A stretch of DNA of 64,000 nucleotides from Pirellulales bacterium (lineage in GTDB: Bacteria; Planctomycetota; Planctomycetia; Pirellulales; PALSA-1355): contig CAVTBU010000010.1 in assembly GCA_963733035.1 (NCBI GenBank), forward strand, positions 64,001-128,000. The letters are read 5' to 3'. Every line of letters begins with the position of its first letter. The stretch's first letter is position 1. Below the pieces are notes generated by a model that searched no databases, was not told the origin of the DNA, and saw nothing but the letters and a program-made list of their open reading frames with translations. A program made the position numbers and the translations under genes. This document shows, piece by piece, positions 53,254 to 62,726 of the stretch.

Positions 53254-53313
53254 CAGTCGGTCGAATTATTCGACGGAGTATTGGGTTGAACGATGAACCT
53301 CAAGGAGTTTGCA

Positions 53314-53667
53314 ATGCAACGGATGTTTTCCGGAATGGTCGTGTGCGCGCTGTTTGCGGTCGTGGCGCTGACGGGCGGTTGTGCCGATAGCGAAATGCCG
53401 CACGATGAGCATGCCGTCGATCCCGCAGCTACATCACAGGCTCACTCGCACGACGGTTGGTGGTGCGACGAGCATGGCGTGCCCGAGGAAGCGTGTGCCC
53501 TGTGCAACACGAAGCTGGCGGCCGACTTTCAGAAGAAGGGGGATTGGTGCGAGGAGCACGACCGCCCCGACTCGCAATGCTTCAAGTGCCATCCGGAGCT
53601 GGAAGCCAAGTTCGCCGCGCAATACGAAGCGATGTACGGTAAGCAGCCGCCGAAGCCTGAGGGGTGA
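53314..53667 (+). CDS. small lipoprotein with two CxxH-x6-CxxC modules
   Basis: AAGGAG RBS, lipobox LTGG-C, WCDEHGVPEEACALC and WCEEHDRPDSQCFKCH. Confidence 0.85.
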   Translation: MQRMFSGMVVCALFAVVALTGGCADSEMPHDEHAVDPAATSQAHSHDGWWCDEHGVPEEACALCNTKLAADFQKKGDWCEEHDRPDSQCFKCHPELEAKFAAQYEAMYGKQPPKPEG

Positions 53668-53691
53668 GGACGAGGTTGTCGGGAACGACGG

Positions 53692-55575
53692 CTACAGCGG
53701 CTTGCCGTTCCAGCGGACGAACCCTTCCAGCGCGAAGTACTCCGGCAGGCCCATCTGGTTGTAGACCTCGGCCGTGTTGCGGTTGCGGTCTTCGGCACGT
53801 TGCCAGAATTCGCGGGGATCGTCAGGGCCGGGAAACAGGGCTGAGTCCTTTTGCGACTCGTGCATGAAGATCGCTTGTCGCTTTTGACGCAAATCGTGGG
53901 GCGAGAGGGGCACGGCGATTTCAATCTCGTGCGGGGCCCATTCCTGCCATGCGCCGCGGTACAGCAGCACCTCGGGGCGGGCGCCGGTGTCGCGCTCGAG
54001 CTCCCACACCGCGCGGAAGATCGCCTCGGCACAAACGCGGTGCGTGCCGTGCGGATCCGAGAGGTCGCCGGCCACGTAGATCTGCGCGGGCTGTACTTTT
54101 TCGATCAGCCCTCGCACGATGCTCACGTCTTCCTCGGTGATTGGGTTCTTGGCGATCGTGCCGGTGCGATAGAACGGCAGGTCCAAAAAGTGGAGGTGCT
54201 GCTCGCGACAGCCGGCCACCACGGCGCCGGCCTTGGCCTCGCTCCAGCGGATGAGCGATTTGATTTGCAGCACCTCCGGGCTGTCGCTCGCGCCGGCTGC
54301 CTTGGAGGCCAGCGACTCGGCGACTCGTTTTTCGAGTTGTTGCGATTGTTTCTCGTCGATGCCAAACAGGCGGTTGTATTCGGCCACCAGGTCGGCGATG
54401 CGCCAGGCATCGTGATCGAACACGGCGATGTTGCCGCTGGTCATGTAGGCGACGTGCACCTCGTGCTTGTCCTCGACGAGCCGGATGAGCGTGCCACCCA
54501 TCGAAATCACGTCGTCGTCGGGGTGCGGGCTGAAGCAGATCACGCGTTTTGAATCACGGCCGGCCGGGTGGTACTCAATGGTGTCCATCATCCAGCGAAA
54601 CACACGATGCGCGACGCTTTGGGCCGGCCCGTGATGGCGGAGCAGCTGGTGCAGATTGTGCTTGCGGAAGTCGTCGTCATCGAGCTTGAGCAGGGCCTTG
54701 CCCGACTGTTCGCACAACCAGAGGATGGCCCGTTTGATCAACGGATCGGTCCACTCGATCTTGCCCAGCACCCAAGGAGTGGTCGTCGCGGTGAGCTTGC
54801 TGGCGGCGGCGGTATCGAGTAGCAGGGTGGCGTCGGCGTGCTCGCGCAAATAGCAGGCGGGCACGCGCGGCGTGGCGGGGCCTTCGGCCGTTTCGCGAAT
54901 CACGCCGGCCTTGTGCTCACCCTGGGCGATGAGAATGATTTTGCGAGCGTCAAAGATCGTGCCCAGCCCCATCGTGATGGCTTGCGTCGGCACGTTCTCT
55001 TCGCTGAAAAAGTCGCTGGCCGCATCGCGCCGCGTGAGCGGATCGAGCGTACAAACGCGGGTGCGGCTGTCCTTGAGGCTGAACGGCTCGTTGAAGCCGA
55101 TATGCCCGTTGCGGCCGATGCCCAATAGCTGCAGGTCGATGCCACCGGCCTGGCGAATTTTTTCCTCGTACCAGCGGCAGTGTTCGTCGAGCTTGTCGAG
55201 CGGAGTGAGACCGTCGGGGATGAAGATGTTTTCCTCGGGCACATTGACGAAGTTGAACAAATGCTCCTGCATCCAGCGGCGGTAGCTTTGCAGGCGGTCC
55301 GGGCCGAGGCCCAGGTATTCGTCGAGGTTGAACGTGACGACGTTCGAGAAATCGAGTCCTTCTTCCTGATGCAATCGGCCGAGCTCGCGGTAGATTCCCA
55401 CGGGCGTGCTGCCGGTGGGCAGGCCGAGGACGGCTTTTTGCCCGAGCGCCGCGCGATCACGAATGATGCCGGCGATCATGCCGGCCACGTAGCGAGCCAA
55501 CTGCTGGTGCGAATCAAAAACGAAACAGGGCAGGGCAGTGCCGCCAAGCGGCCCCAACGGAGGCGAGTCGATCAT
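53692..55575 (-). CDS. nagB: glucosamine-6-phosphate deaminase fused to PIG-L/LmbE-like domain
   Basis: GLPTGSTP, FNLDEY, GIGRNGHIGFNEP; C-terminal SPHPDDD, DPHGTH, HESQ. Confidence 0.93.
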   Translation of the reverse strand: MIDSPPLGPLGGTALPCFVFDSHQQLARYVAGMIAGIIRDRAALGQKAVLGLPTGSTPVGIYRELGRLHQEEGLDFSNVVTFNLDEYLGLGPDRLQSYRRWMQEHLFNFVNVPEENIFIPDGLTPLDKLDEHCRWYEEKIRQAGGIDLQLLGIGRNGHIGFNEPFSLKDSRTRVCTLDPLTRRDAASDFFSEENVPTQAITMGLGTIFDARKIILIAQGEHKAGVIRETAEGPATPRVPACYLREHADATLLLDTAAASKLTATTTPWVLGKIEWTDPLIKRAILWLCEQSGKALLKLDDDDFRKHNLHQLLRHHGPAQSVAHRVFRWMMDTIEYHPAGRDSKRVICFSPHPDDDVISMGGTLIRLVEDKHEVHVAYMTSGNIAVFDHDAWRIADLVAEYNRLFGIDEKQSQQLEKRVAESLASKAAGASDSPEVLQIKSLIRWSEAKAGAVVAGCREQHLHFLDLPFYRTGTIAKNPITEEDVSIVRGLIEKVQPAQIYVAGDLSDPHGTHRVCAEAIFRAVWELERDTGARPEVLLYRGAWQEWAPHEIEIAVPLSPHDLRQKRQAIFMHESQKDSALFPGPDDPREFWQRAEDRNRNTAEVYNQMGLPEYFALEGFVRWNGKPL

Positions 55576-55679
55576 CGGAGGGTGGTGGTTCTCTAAGCCA
55601 GGTGGAATAGAACCACTGAGTATGGCGAATGCGGTGGCGTGAGGCTAGGGGCGGAGGACAGCGGGTAGTGATGACTACT

Positions 55680-56135
55680 TCATTTGTACGCAATTTTGGC
55701 TGGGCCAGGCACTTCGACTAATCTTTCAGGCGATCCATCCGTTCGGACACAAAATGCGAAGTATTTATCGTCGGACATGGGGGCCGGTGGAACAATTGAG
55801 TCGAAACGGTACATGATTCTGAGTATATAAATTTCATTTGGTACAAGACGTCGCGACATTTGTCCAAAATCTGCAGGCGCTCCTTCATGTAGCTCGACTT
55901 CCACGTCAGCTGGAAGCGAATCAAACAGCTGCTTCCAGATTAGGCTATTGGCACCTTTCACTTGTAGTGACATTCCCCGAATTCCTAGCGTGCGATGACC
56001 TGCTTTGGCTACGAGCCGAATCCGATCGGGACCAGATTTAACCATGCTGACCGAAACACGAGGTGCGCGAAGAAGCGACACGAGCAGGATCATGCCGGCG
56101 ATCATCGCCACCGTAGCTGAAATCCACCATTTCAT
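55680..56135 (-). CDS. hypothetical protein with N-terminal TM/signal, lower GC
   Basis: Open frame with hydrophobic N-terminus; no recognisable family. Confidence 0.5.
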   Translation of the reverse strand: MKWWISATVAMIAGMILLVSLLRAPRVSVSMVKSGPDRIRLVAKAGHRTLGIRGMSLQVKGANSLIWKQLFDSLPADVEVELHEGAPADFGQMSRRLVPNEIYILRIMYRFDSIVPPAPMSDDKYFAFCVRTDGSPERLVEVPGPAKIAYK

Positions 56136-56240
56136 GTCATCAGCCCGGCTAAGTATGTGTCTTCAACTTGCACGAATCGATGAAAAACGCTACGACTCCG
56201 CACCTTGGGTTGTCAAGTCAAGGAAGACGGAGTCATGGCG

Positions 56241-56432
56241 ATGAGCAAGCACTATCCCAGTGACTTTGCGGACCGACAATGTCAGTTGATTTGTCCGCTG
56301 TTGCCAAAGCCGGCCAAGTGTGGTCGGCCACTGATCGACCGACGAGAGAGCCTCAATGCGGTGCATCACGTGGTGCGCGCGGACAGTTGCCGCTCGACTT
56401 TCCGAAGTGGAAGACCGTTTGCACGGTGTTCC
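56241..56432 (+). mobile_element. IS5-family transposase N-terminal remnant (degenerate)
   Basis: YPSD......I.PLLP....GRP..D.R...NA then, frameshifted, LPLDFPKWKTV. Confidence 0.75.
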
Positions 56433-56487
56433 AATCGTGATGCACTTCGAACTATTTTTCCGGGCGCCTTCCGTGTGAATAGGTCGT

Positions 56488-56886
56488 TTACGGTGTTGGT
56501 GATGGGGCTGGTCTGTAGGTAGACCAATGAACGCGCGAAAACGTCACCCTCGCCTCTGGATAGGCGGCAGTCACTCGAGCCTTAATTTCATCTGGAAGTC
56601 GATCATCAAGCAGTACGTCGTCTTGCGCTTGATCGCCGAGCCGAGTTCGTAGCCAGGACACACCGCTTGGATTTCTGACCCCAAAGGAGCCTGGCCACAG
56701 TGTTATATCGTTGTAACCATGCGATACCGAGTACTCCGCAGCCGCGCCCATTGCATCGAATCGTTGATGCACCCATTGGTATTGCCTGACCGTCCACCCC
56801 AACGGACCTGCAAGGGTGGCGACAATCAACAATAGCGTCCGCAGACGGAAACGAAACCAGCGGCGGCTAGTGGCGGGCTCGATCAT
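56488..56886 (-). CDS. Planctomycete-type hypothetical protein (RRWFRFRLRTLL N-terminus)
   Basis: Characteristic R-rich/F.LRTLL N-terminus followed by a TM. Confidence 0.7.
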   Translation of the reverse strand: MIEPATSRRWFRFRLRTLLLIVATLAGPLGWTVRQYQWVHQRFDAMGAAAEYSVSHGYNDITLWPGSFGVRNPSGVSWLRTRLGDQAQDDVLLDDRLPDEIKARVTAAYPEARVTFSRVHWSTYRPAPSPTP

Positions 56887-57026
56887 TTTGTCATTCTAGC
56901 AGCAATGACAGGTTTTTCCTTCGGGTCATGATGATCCACAGGATAGGCTTTGGGCGAAACCATGGCGGCTGGGCATTCCGCTCGTTTTCGAGAGTTCAAG
57001 CGTGTCGTAAATTGCGCGCAGGCAAA

Positions 57027-57833
57027 CTACTCGTCCTCGAAATAAGGCGCCTCGCCGACGTCTTCGCCTCCGCCGGTGGTGAGCAGAGCGCGGAGCAGAT
57101 CGGGCGGGGTTGTGTTTTTCATGTGTTCGATGTGGCTGTCGACGAAGGCCACGGTTGCCCCCGCTGGGTGCCGGCTGCCAAAGACGGACGCGCCGGAATC
57201 CGACGCCGCGACGGCTTCCTCGAAACTCAGATCGCGCGGCTCGAGCCAGTTGATGCCAGTGGACGATTCCACGATGGCGATGGTTTCCCGGGGACCATCG
57301 GTCACGTAACGCCGGGTAGGCGTTGGCCCGGTTGGATCCGGCCAGAGAGTCTGCGGTCCGACGACGGCCAGGAAGTGGGTCTCTCCCGGTTCTCCATCGG
57401 CGTTGGGGCACGCGAAGAGACTGGGCATTTGCGCCGAGAGTTCGGCGTTGTGAGAACCGTCCCACGGCTCGTCGAAGTCGTATTGTTCGTAAACTCGCTG
57501 CGCATCCTCGTCGCCAAGATAGGGGAGAATCAGAATCCGCCAACTATGCATCGGACGGCCGTTCTCGTCGACCAGCGCGGCGGGTGGATAGTGACCGTTG
57601 GCCTGTCGATAGTCTTCCAGCGTCATGACAATCTGATGGAGCCGATTCGCGCAGAGGTTTTGCTTGTTTAGGTCGTGTTCTTTGAGTTCATTGGGCACGA
57701 CAATGAAGGCAAAGATGAGCAGGCCGATCACCAGCAGAACGCCGAGCCCGCGAAGATAGCTAGGATTGCCGCTGGAAGCTCGATCCGGCTTATTCGCATT
57801 CACCGGAGGGTTGGGCGATTCGAGGGACCCCAT
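57027..57833 (-). CDS. DUF1559 domain protein
   Basis: TM, C.N.L.QI, HSWRILILPYL, YDFDEPWD, W.EPRDL, HPAGATVAFVDSH; start uncertain. Confidence 0.85.
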   Translation of the reverse strand: MGSLESPNPPVNANKPDRASSGNPSYLRGLGVLLVIGLLIFAFIVVPNELKEHDLNKQNLCANRLHQIVMTLEDYRQANGHYPPAALVDENGRPMHSWRILILPYLGDEDAQRVYEQYDFDEPWDGSHNAELSAQMPSLFACPNADGEPGETHFLAVVGPQTLWPDPTGPTPTRRYVTDGPRETIAIVESSTGINWLEPRDLSFEEAVAASDSGASVFGSRHPAGATVAFVDSHIEHMKNTTPPDLLRALLTTGGGEDVGEAPYFEDE

Positions 57834-57999
57834 CACTACCTCGCTTTCCTCAAGAGTTCTGCGTCGTTTCATCTCCTCCGGTAGCTGAAATATTAACACC
57901 CGTTAGTGTGGTGTCAATATGTTCACGTAGATTTGGGAAAATAGCTTGGCCCGTAGCAACGTGTAAGCACGGGTGCCATTCGGCATGCCAATGCAATAG

Positions 58000-58839
58000 C
58001 TAGTAATCCAGGTCCGTCGGAGATACTTGCTCGCCGCCTTGGATCGTTAGAAACGATCGCAGGATGTTGGGCGGAGTTTCGGCGTCGAGGAATTGGACGT
58101 GCGCGTCCACGAATAGGACATTGGCGCCGCGGACGTGCCGACTGCGGATGCCGGGGTGGCCGTTGTCGCGATTGACTCCCTGGATCGCTTCCTGGGGCGT
58201 CAAGTCGCGCGGTTCGAGCCAGTGGATACTGGAACCGGCACTTTCGACGACGGCAATGGTGCGTGCGGGTCGGTCTCGAATGTCGCGCATGCGAACGCCA
58301 TGCTCGCCGGGCCACATGGTTCCGTCGCCCACCACCGCCAGGTAACTCGTCTCGCCGTCGGGCGTGTCGTCGCTGGGGCAACGGTAGATGCTGGGAGTCG
58401 AACTTGCCAATCGTGCGTTGTTCGGTCCGTCCCAGGGTTCGGCGAAGTCGTATTGCTTATAGAGTGCCATTGTTTCCGGGTCGCCGAAAAACGGTAACAG
58501 CAGCGTCCGCCAACTGTGCATCGGGCGTCCTGTTTCATCGACGATATATGCCGGCGGAAACGACTGGTACGTGTCGTGATAATTCTGCATCGCAATCCCG
58601 ATCTGCTTCAGTTGGCCCATGCACGCGTTGCGCCGCGCCGCTTCACGAGCCGCTTGGATCGCCGGCAATAGGAGGGCCACCATGATCATGATGCCGATCA
58701 CCATCACCACGCCCACCGCGCCGAACACGATCAGCAGAATTACGCCGACCGACGGACCGCTCGAGACCTGCGGATAAGGGGGCTGCTGTTGGTGAGGGCC
58801 AGGTTGACCGGGCGGGACAGGAGGAAAGTCGCTGCTCAT
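58000..58839 (-). CDS. DUF1559 domain protein
   Basis: [56 protein letters not shown]. Confidence 0.9.
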   Translation of the reverse strand: MSSDFPPVPPGQPGPHQQQPPYPQVSSGPSVGVILLIVFGAVGVVMVIGIMIMVALLLPAIQAAREAARRNACMGQLKQIGIAMQNYHDTYQSFPPAYIVDETGRPMHSWRTLLLPFFGDPETMALYKQYDFAEPWDGPNNARLASSTPSIYRCPSDDTPDGETSYLAVVGDGTMWPGEHGVRMRDIRDRPARTIAVVESAGSSIHWLEPRDLTPQEAIQGVNRDNGHPGIRSRHVRGANVLFVDAHVQFLDAETPPNILRSFLTIQGGEQVSPTDLDY

Positions 58840-59101
58840 GGTGCCGTTGCCTTCGTGGGTAGTGGCATAAAAGCTTTCCCAGGCGCGATGAATTGCCGCA
58901 CCGCTCGGCTGCCTCATTCCACCCATTAGAGTAAATTGGGGCTCTTCAGGCTATATATGGATTGAAAAACCCGTGATCGCCCATGTGGGTATAGCCATTC
59001 AGCCGGTACTGCGTGCGTGTCAGACGCTAGCCACCAGGCGTCTCCCGCCGCATACTAGCGATTTCCACGTTGCCATCAGAATCCAACAAAGGCTTTCCAC
59101 C

Positions 59102-60517
59102 ATGCACCGCTCGTTCGCCATGTTTCTGCTTTGTTCTGTCTCGCTGGTCGCTTTGCCGTTGGCGACGGGTGCTGAGAACGTTACGGCCGGCTACGGCCAG
59201 GCCGACGTGACGCCGGAGGTGAACGGCAAGGCACCGGTTTTCATCGCCGGATATGGCCAGAACCGCCGGGCCACGGGTGTGCACGATCCGCTCTACGCCC
59301 GGGCGATCGTCGTCTCGGACGGCAAGAAGAAGGTCGCACTGGCGGCGGTCGACGTGGTGGGCTTGCAATATCCCACGGTGCAAGAGATTCGCAAGCGGCT
59401 TGAAGGGTTCGACTATGTGCTCGTGGCCAGCACGCACAACCACGAGGGCCCCGACACGGTCGGCATTTGGGGACCGACGCCATTCAAGAGCGGCGTGGAC
59501 GCGGAGTACATGGAATCGCTGGTTGCCAAAACAGTCGGGGCGATTCAAGCGGCCGACGAGGCGCGCGTACCCGTGGAGGCCAGCTATGGCACCGCGGCCG
59601 ACGGCCGACTGCTGCGCGATAGCCGCGAGCCGTATGTGAAAGACGACGTGCTTCGCGTGGTACGGTTCGACGGCGCGGACAAGAAACCCAGCTGCCTGCT
59701 GGTCAACTGGACATGCCATCCCGAGGCTCTGGCCAGCCGCAACAAAGAGATTACGGCCGACTTTCCGTACTACACGATTCGCGATTTGGAAAAGAGATAC
59801 GGTTGCCCGGTGTTGTACATTTCCGGCGCCGTGGGCGGATTGATGGCACCGCCGCGCGACGTCTATACCAAGGCCGACGGCTCGCCGCTGGAGGACGGCA
59901 ACTTTGAGTATTGCGAGAAGCTCGGCAGCGACGTTGCCAAGCTGGCCGAAAAGGCCATCGACGCGGCCAGCACCGTCAAGCTCCAGCCGATCGTCGTCTC
60001 GGCCAAACCGATTACCGTGCCGCTGGAAAACAAGCTGTACCGCGCGGCGCAGTTGATGGGTGTTCTCAAGCGCGAAGGCTTGCTGTGGACCGGCGATTCC
60101 GAGGAATTCGGCCGTCCCTATAAGCCGGACGACATCAAGCAACAGCTTCTGCCGGCCGGTGTCACCGAGGTGGGCTACGTAGGCTTGGGCGACGTGCACG
60201 TGGCAGGGATTCCCGGCGAGATCTATCCCGAGTTGGTGTACGGCAAAGTGCAGGAGCCGGTCGATCCGGCGGCCGATTTTCCGGATGCCCCGGTGGAGCC
60301 TTCGGTGATGGAAATCCTGCCCGGCAAGAACATGATTTTGGCGGGTCTGGCCAACGACGAGTTGGGCTACATCGTGCCGAAGCGTCAATGGGACGAGAAA
60401 GCGCCGTTCGCCTACGGCCGCAAAGAGAGCCAATACGGCGAAGAAAACAGTTGCGGCCCGCAAATGGCCGCGCTGCTATTGGAAGCGCTCAAGCGCCGCG
60501 TGGCCGAAGCGAAGTGA
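59102..60517 (+). CDS. exported neutral/alkaline ceramidase-like hydrolase
   Basis: Signal peptide, GVHDPLYARA, STHNHEGPD, NWTCHP, ADFP, IPGE, GLAND..GY. Confidence 0.75.
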   Translation: MHRSFAMFLLCSVSLVALPLATGAENVTAGYGQADVTPEVNGKAPVFIAGYGQNRRATGVHDPLYARAIVVSDGKKKVALAAVDVVGLQYPTVQEIRKRLEGFDYVLVASTHNHEGPDTVGIWGPTPFKSGVDAEYMESLVAKTVGAIQAADEARVPVEASYGTAADGRLLRDSREPYVKDDVLRVVRFDGADKKPSCLLVNWTCHPEALASRNKEITADFPYYTIRDLEKRYGCPVLYISGAVGGLMAPPRDVYTKADGSPLEDGNFEYCEKLGSDVAKLAEKAIDAASTVKLQPIVVSAKPITVPLENKLYRAAQLMGVLKREGLLWTGDSEEFGRPYKPDDIKQQLLPAGVTEVGYVGLGDVHVAGIPGEIYPELVYGKVQEPVDPAADFPDAPVEPSVMEILPGKNMILAGLANDELGYIVPKRQWDEKAPFAYGRKESQYGEENSCGPQMAALLLEALKRRVAEAK

Positions 60518-60816
60518 TTCGCTTTCCACGAGTTCGCGGACGAGTGATTACCTTGCATTTTTTATTGACATTCGTTTAGCGTCAGGTATTTTAGGGTTGG
60601 GTTTGAATTTTTTGAGGACGCGCAAAAGCGCGGCCTGGCTCGCGAGAAACGCCGATCGCCGCACGGGAATTTGTCGCACATTAAGTTGCGCATCTTCCTT
60701 TCTATCCTGCAAAGTTCGAATCAACCAAGCGTATTCATGCGCTCGAACTTCCTTGTTTTCCCCGACTGGCGTTGGTGTATTTGGTGGGCTGTGAACGTCG
60801 TATCGGAAAAAGTGAC

Positions 60817-61515
60817 ATGAAAGTATCACTCAGCTCTTGGATTCAAAGGTGGCTGTACGGTTCGAATCACCGTCGACGTATCGTCAAGCAAACAGCCGCG
60901 TGTCTCGCGATTTCGCTGGCCACGGCGTGGGTCGCTCCGAGCGAAGCGGCGACGATTCATTTGGAGGTCGCGCCCGCGCAAGACATCACTAATGCCTGGG
61001 TGGGGTATCTGAACAAGAATACTTCAAGCGCATATTTCTATCAGCTGGGTACACTGCCCGGCGGACAGATTAGCGCGTTCGATACCGAGTTTCCTGGCGT
61101 ACCTATTAGTGATTTTATATCTGGGCCTCCACCAGATCCCTTCTTATACGCGGCATATTGCATCGTGGGGGTGTATAGCGACGGAACGGTTAACGGCATC
61201 ACGGCGAGTTCAGCGGATGATGCGCCAATCGTCAACGGCGATACGTGGGATTCTCATCTTGGTCACTACTTCGGATCCCATGACGAACAGAATGTCGCTG
61301 ATACCTTGGCGAGTGGCAGCAGTTTTTGGGTGAGTAATTTTGAGAATCCGTACACAGACGTCCAGTTCGGTACGCAGGCAGTCTTGGTCAACTATTCGAC
61401 CGCAGCGTTTGGTGGTACGGCCATAGCTACCGTTGTGCCAGAACCGTGTACTTGGGCGCTGCTTTCCCTAGGTGCAGGCGCATGGTTGTGCTTTGCCCGC
61501 CGCCACCGCGATTAG
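60817..61515 (+). CDS. PEP-CTERM sorting domain protein
   Basis: Signal peptide ending SEA; C-terminal VPEP + TM + RRHR. Confidence 0.85.
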   Translation: MKVSLSSWIQRWLYGSNHRRRIVKQTAACLAISLATAWVAPSEAATIHLEVAPAQDITNAWVGYLNKNTSSAYFYQLGTLPGGQISAFDTEFPGVPISDFISGPPPDPFLYAAYCIVGVYSDGTVNGITASSADDAPIVNGDTWDSHLGHYFGSHDEQNVADTLASGSSFWVSNFENPYTDVQFGTQAVLVNYSTAAFGGTAIATVVPEPCTWALLSLGAGAWLCFARRHRD

Positions 61516-61519
61516 CGCG

Positions 61520-62653
61520 ATGTCTACGTTGTCTGTGACGATGATCGCCAAGAACGAAGAGCGGAACCTACCGCGGGCATTGGCTAGCTTGCGCGGCGTG
61601 GCCGACGAAATCATCGTCACCGATACCGGCTCGACCGACCGCACGAGCGAAATAGCGAGGGAGCTTGGTGCCCGAGTTGCACAGTTTGATTGGGTCGACG
61701 ACTTCTCGGCCGCCCACAACTACTGCAATAGTCTTGCCACGTGTGATTGGCTGTTCATGCTCGACTGCGACGAAGAATTGTTGGCAGAGAGCCGTGACGA
61801 ACTTGTGCGGTGCCTTGCGGACTGTCATGCCTTCGCTTTCGGCGTGATTCGCCAGGACCTTTTCGAGGAAGAGCGGCTCGACTATTTCGCCGAGATGCGG
61901 CAAGTTCGGCTTTATCGAAACGAACTGGACTTGAAGTTCAAGGGGCGGTTTCATCATCAGCCGTCGCCGCCGCTATTCGAGACCGCGGCTCAAAAGGGTA
62001 TGGAAGTGCGTGAGTCGCAGGTCCGTATTCGCCACTTTGGCTACGTGGCCTCCAAGCAGGCGGATAAGAACCGCCGTGCGGTCCATTTGCTTTCGCTAGA
62101 ACTAAACGACCGGCCCGGCCAGTTTTACTACCTGGTCGAACTCGGACTGTCCATGTTGGCGTTAGGTGACGCGCAGGGCAGAGAACGGTTGGCGGAGGCC
62201 GCTCGTATGATTGTCGATGGCGACCCGCAGGTCGCCGCATGTCCCGGTCCGTGTTCGATGCTGCTTGAATTTGTATTGGCCTGCGACACGCTGCCGCCCG
62301 ATTTTCCACTTTCGCGTAGCCAAGCCCGCGCGTTGGCACAAAAACACTTTCCGGCCTCGATCCCACTCGTGTGGCAGATTGCCAATGAAGCGTACCGTGC
62401 GGGTCGCTTTGCCGAATGCGCAAGCCTGCTGGAGAGAATCTTGAGAATGGGCGAGGCGGGGTGTTACGATCGGACGATCAGCTTCAACCCTGCGATCATG
62501 GGCGATGATACCCGACTGAACTTAGGCGTGTGTTACACTCGTTTAGGCAAGCTCAAAGCGGCCGGGCGAATGTTTCGCAAGCTCATCGACAGCCCGACCC
62601 GTGGCACGCAGGCCGCCGAAAACTTACGTGCGATTCGCAAGCTTGCCCGTTAG
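61520..62653 (+). CDS. GT2 glycosyltransferase with C-terminal TPR-like helices
   Basis: LSVTMIAKNEE, DTGSTD, W.DDFSAA.N, LDCDE, HFGY; TPR-like NLGVCYTRLG. Confidence 0.88.
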   Translation: MSTLSVTMIAKNEERNLPRALASLRGVADEIIVTDTGSTDRTSEIARELGARVAQFDWVDDFSAAHNYCNSLATCDWLFMLDCDEELLAESRDELVRCLADCHAFAFGVIRQDLFEEERLDYFAEMRQVRLYRNELDLKFKGRFHHQPSPPLFETAAQKGMEVRESQVRIRHFGYVASKQADKNRRAVHLLSLELNDRPGQFYYLVELGLSMLALGDAQGRERLAEAARMIVDGDPQVAACPGPCSMLLEFVLACDTLPPDFPLSRSQARALAQKHFPASIPLVWQIANEAYRAGRFAECASLLERILRMGEAGCYDRTISFNPAIMGDDTRLNLGVCYTRLGKLKAAGRMFRKLIDSPTRGTQAAENLRAIRKLAR

Positions 62654-62726
62654 CATGGCCGGACGACAGGCGACAAACTCTGCACGGCGGCGCACCTCGA
62701 AAAAACATATCTATCGACGTGGCCGC

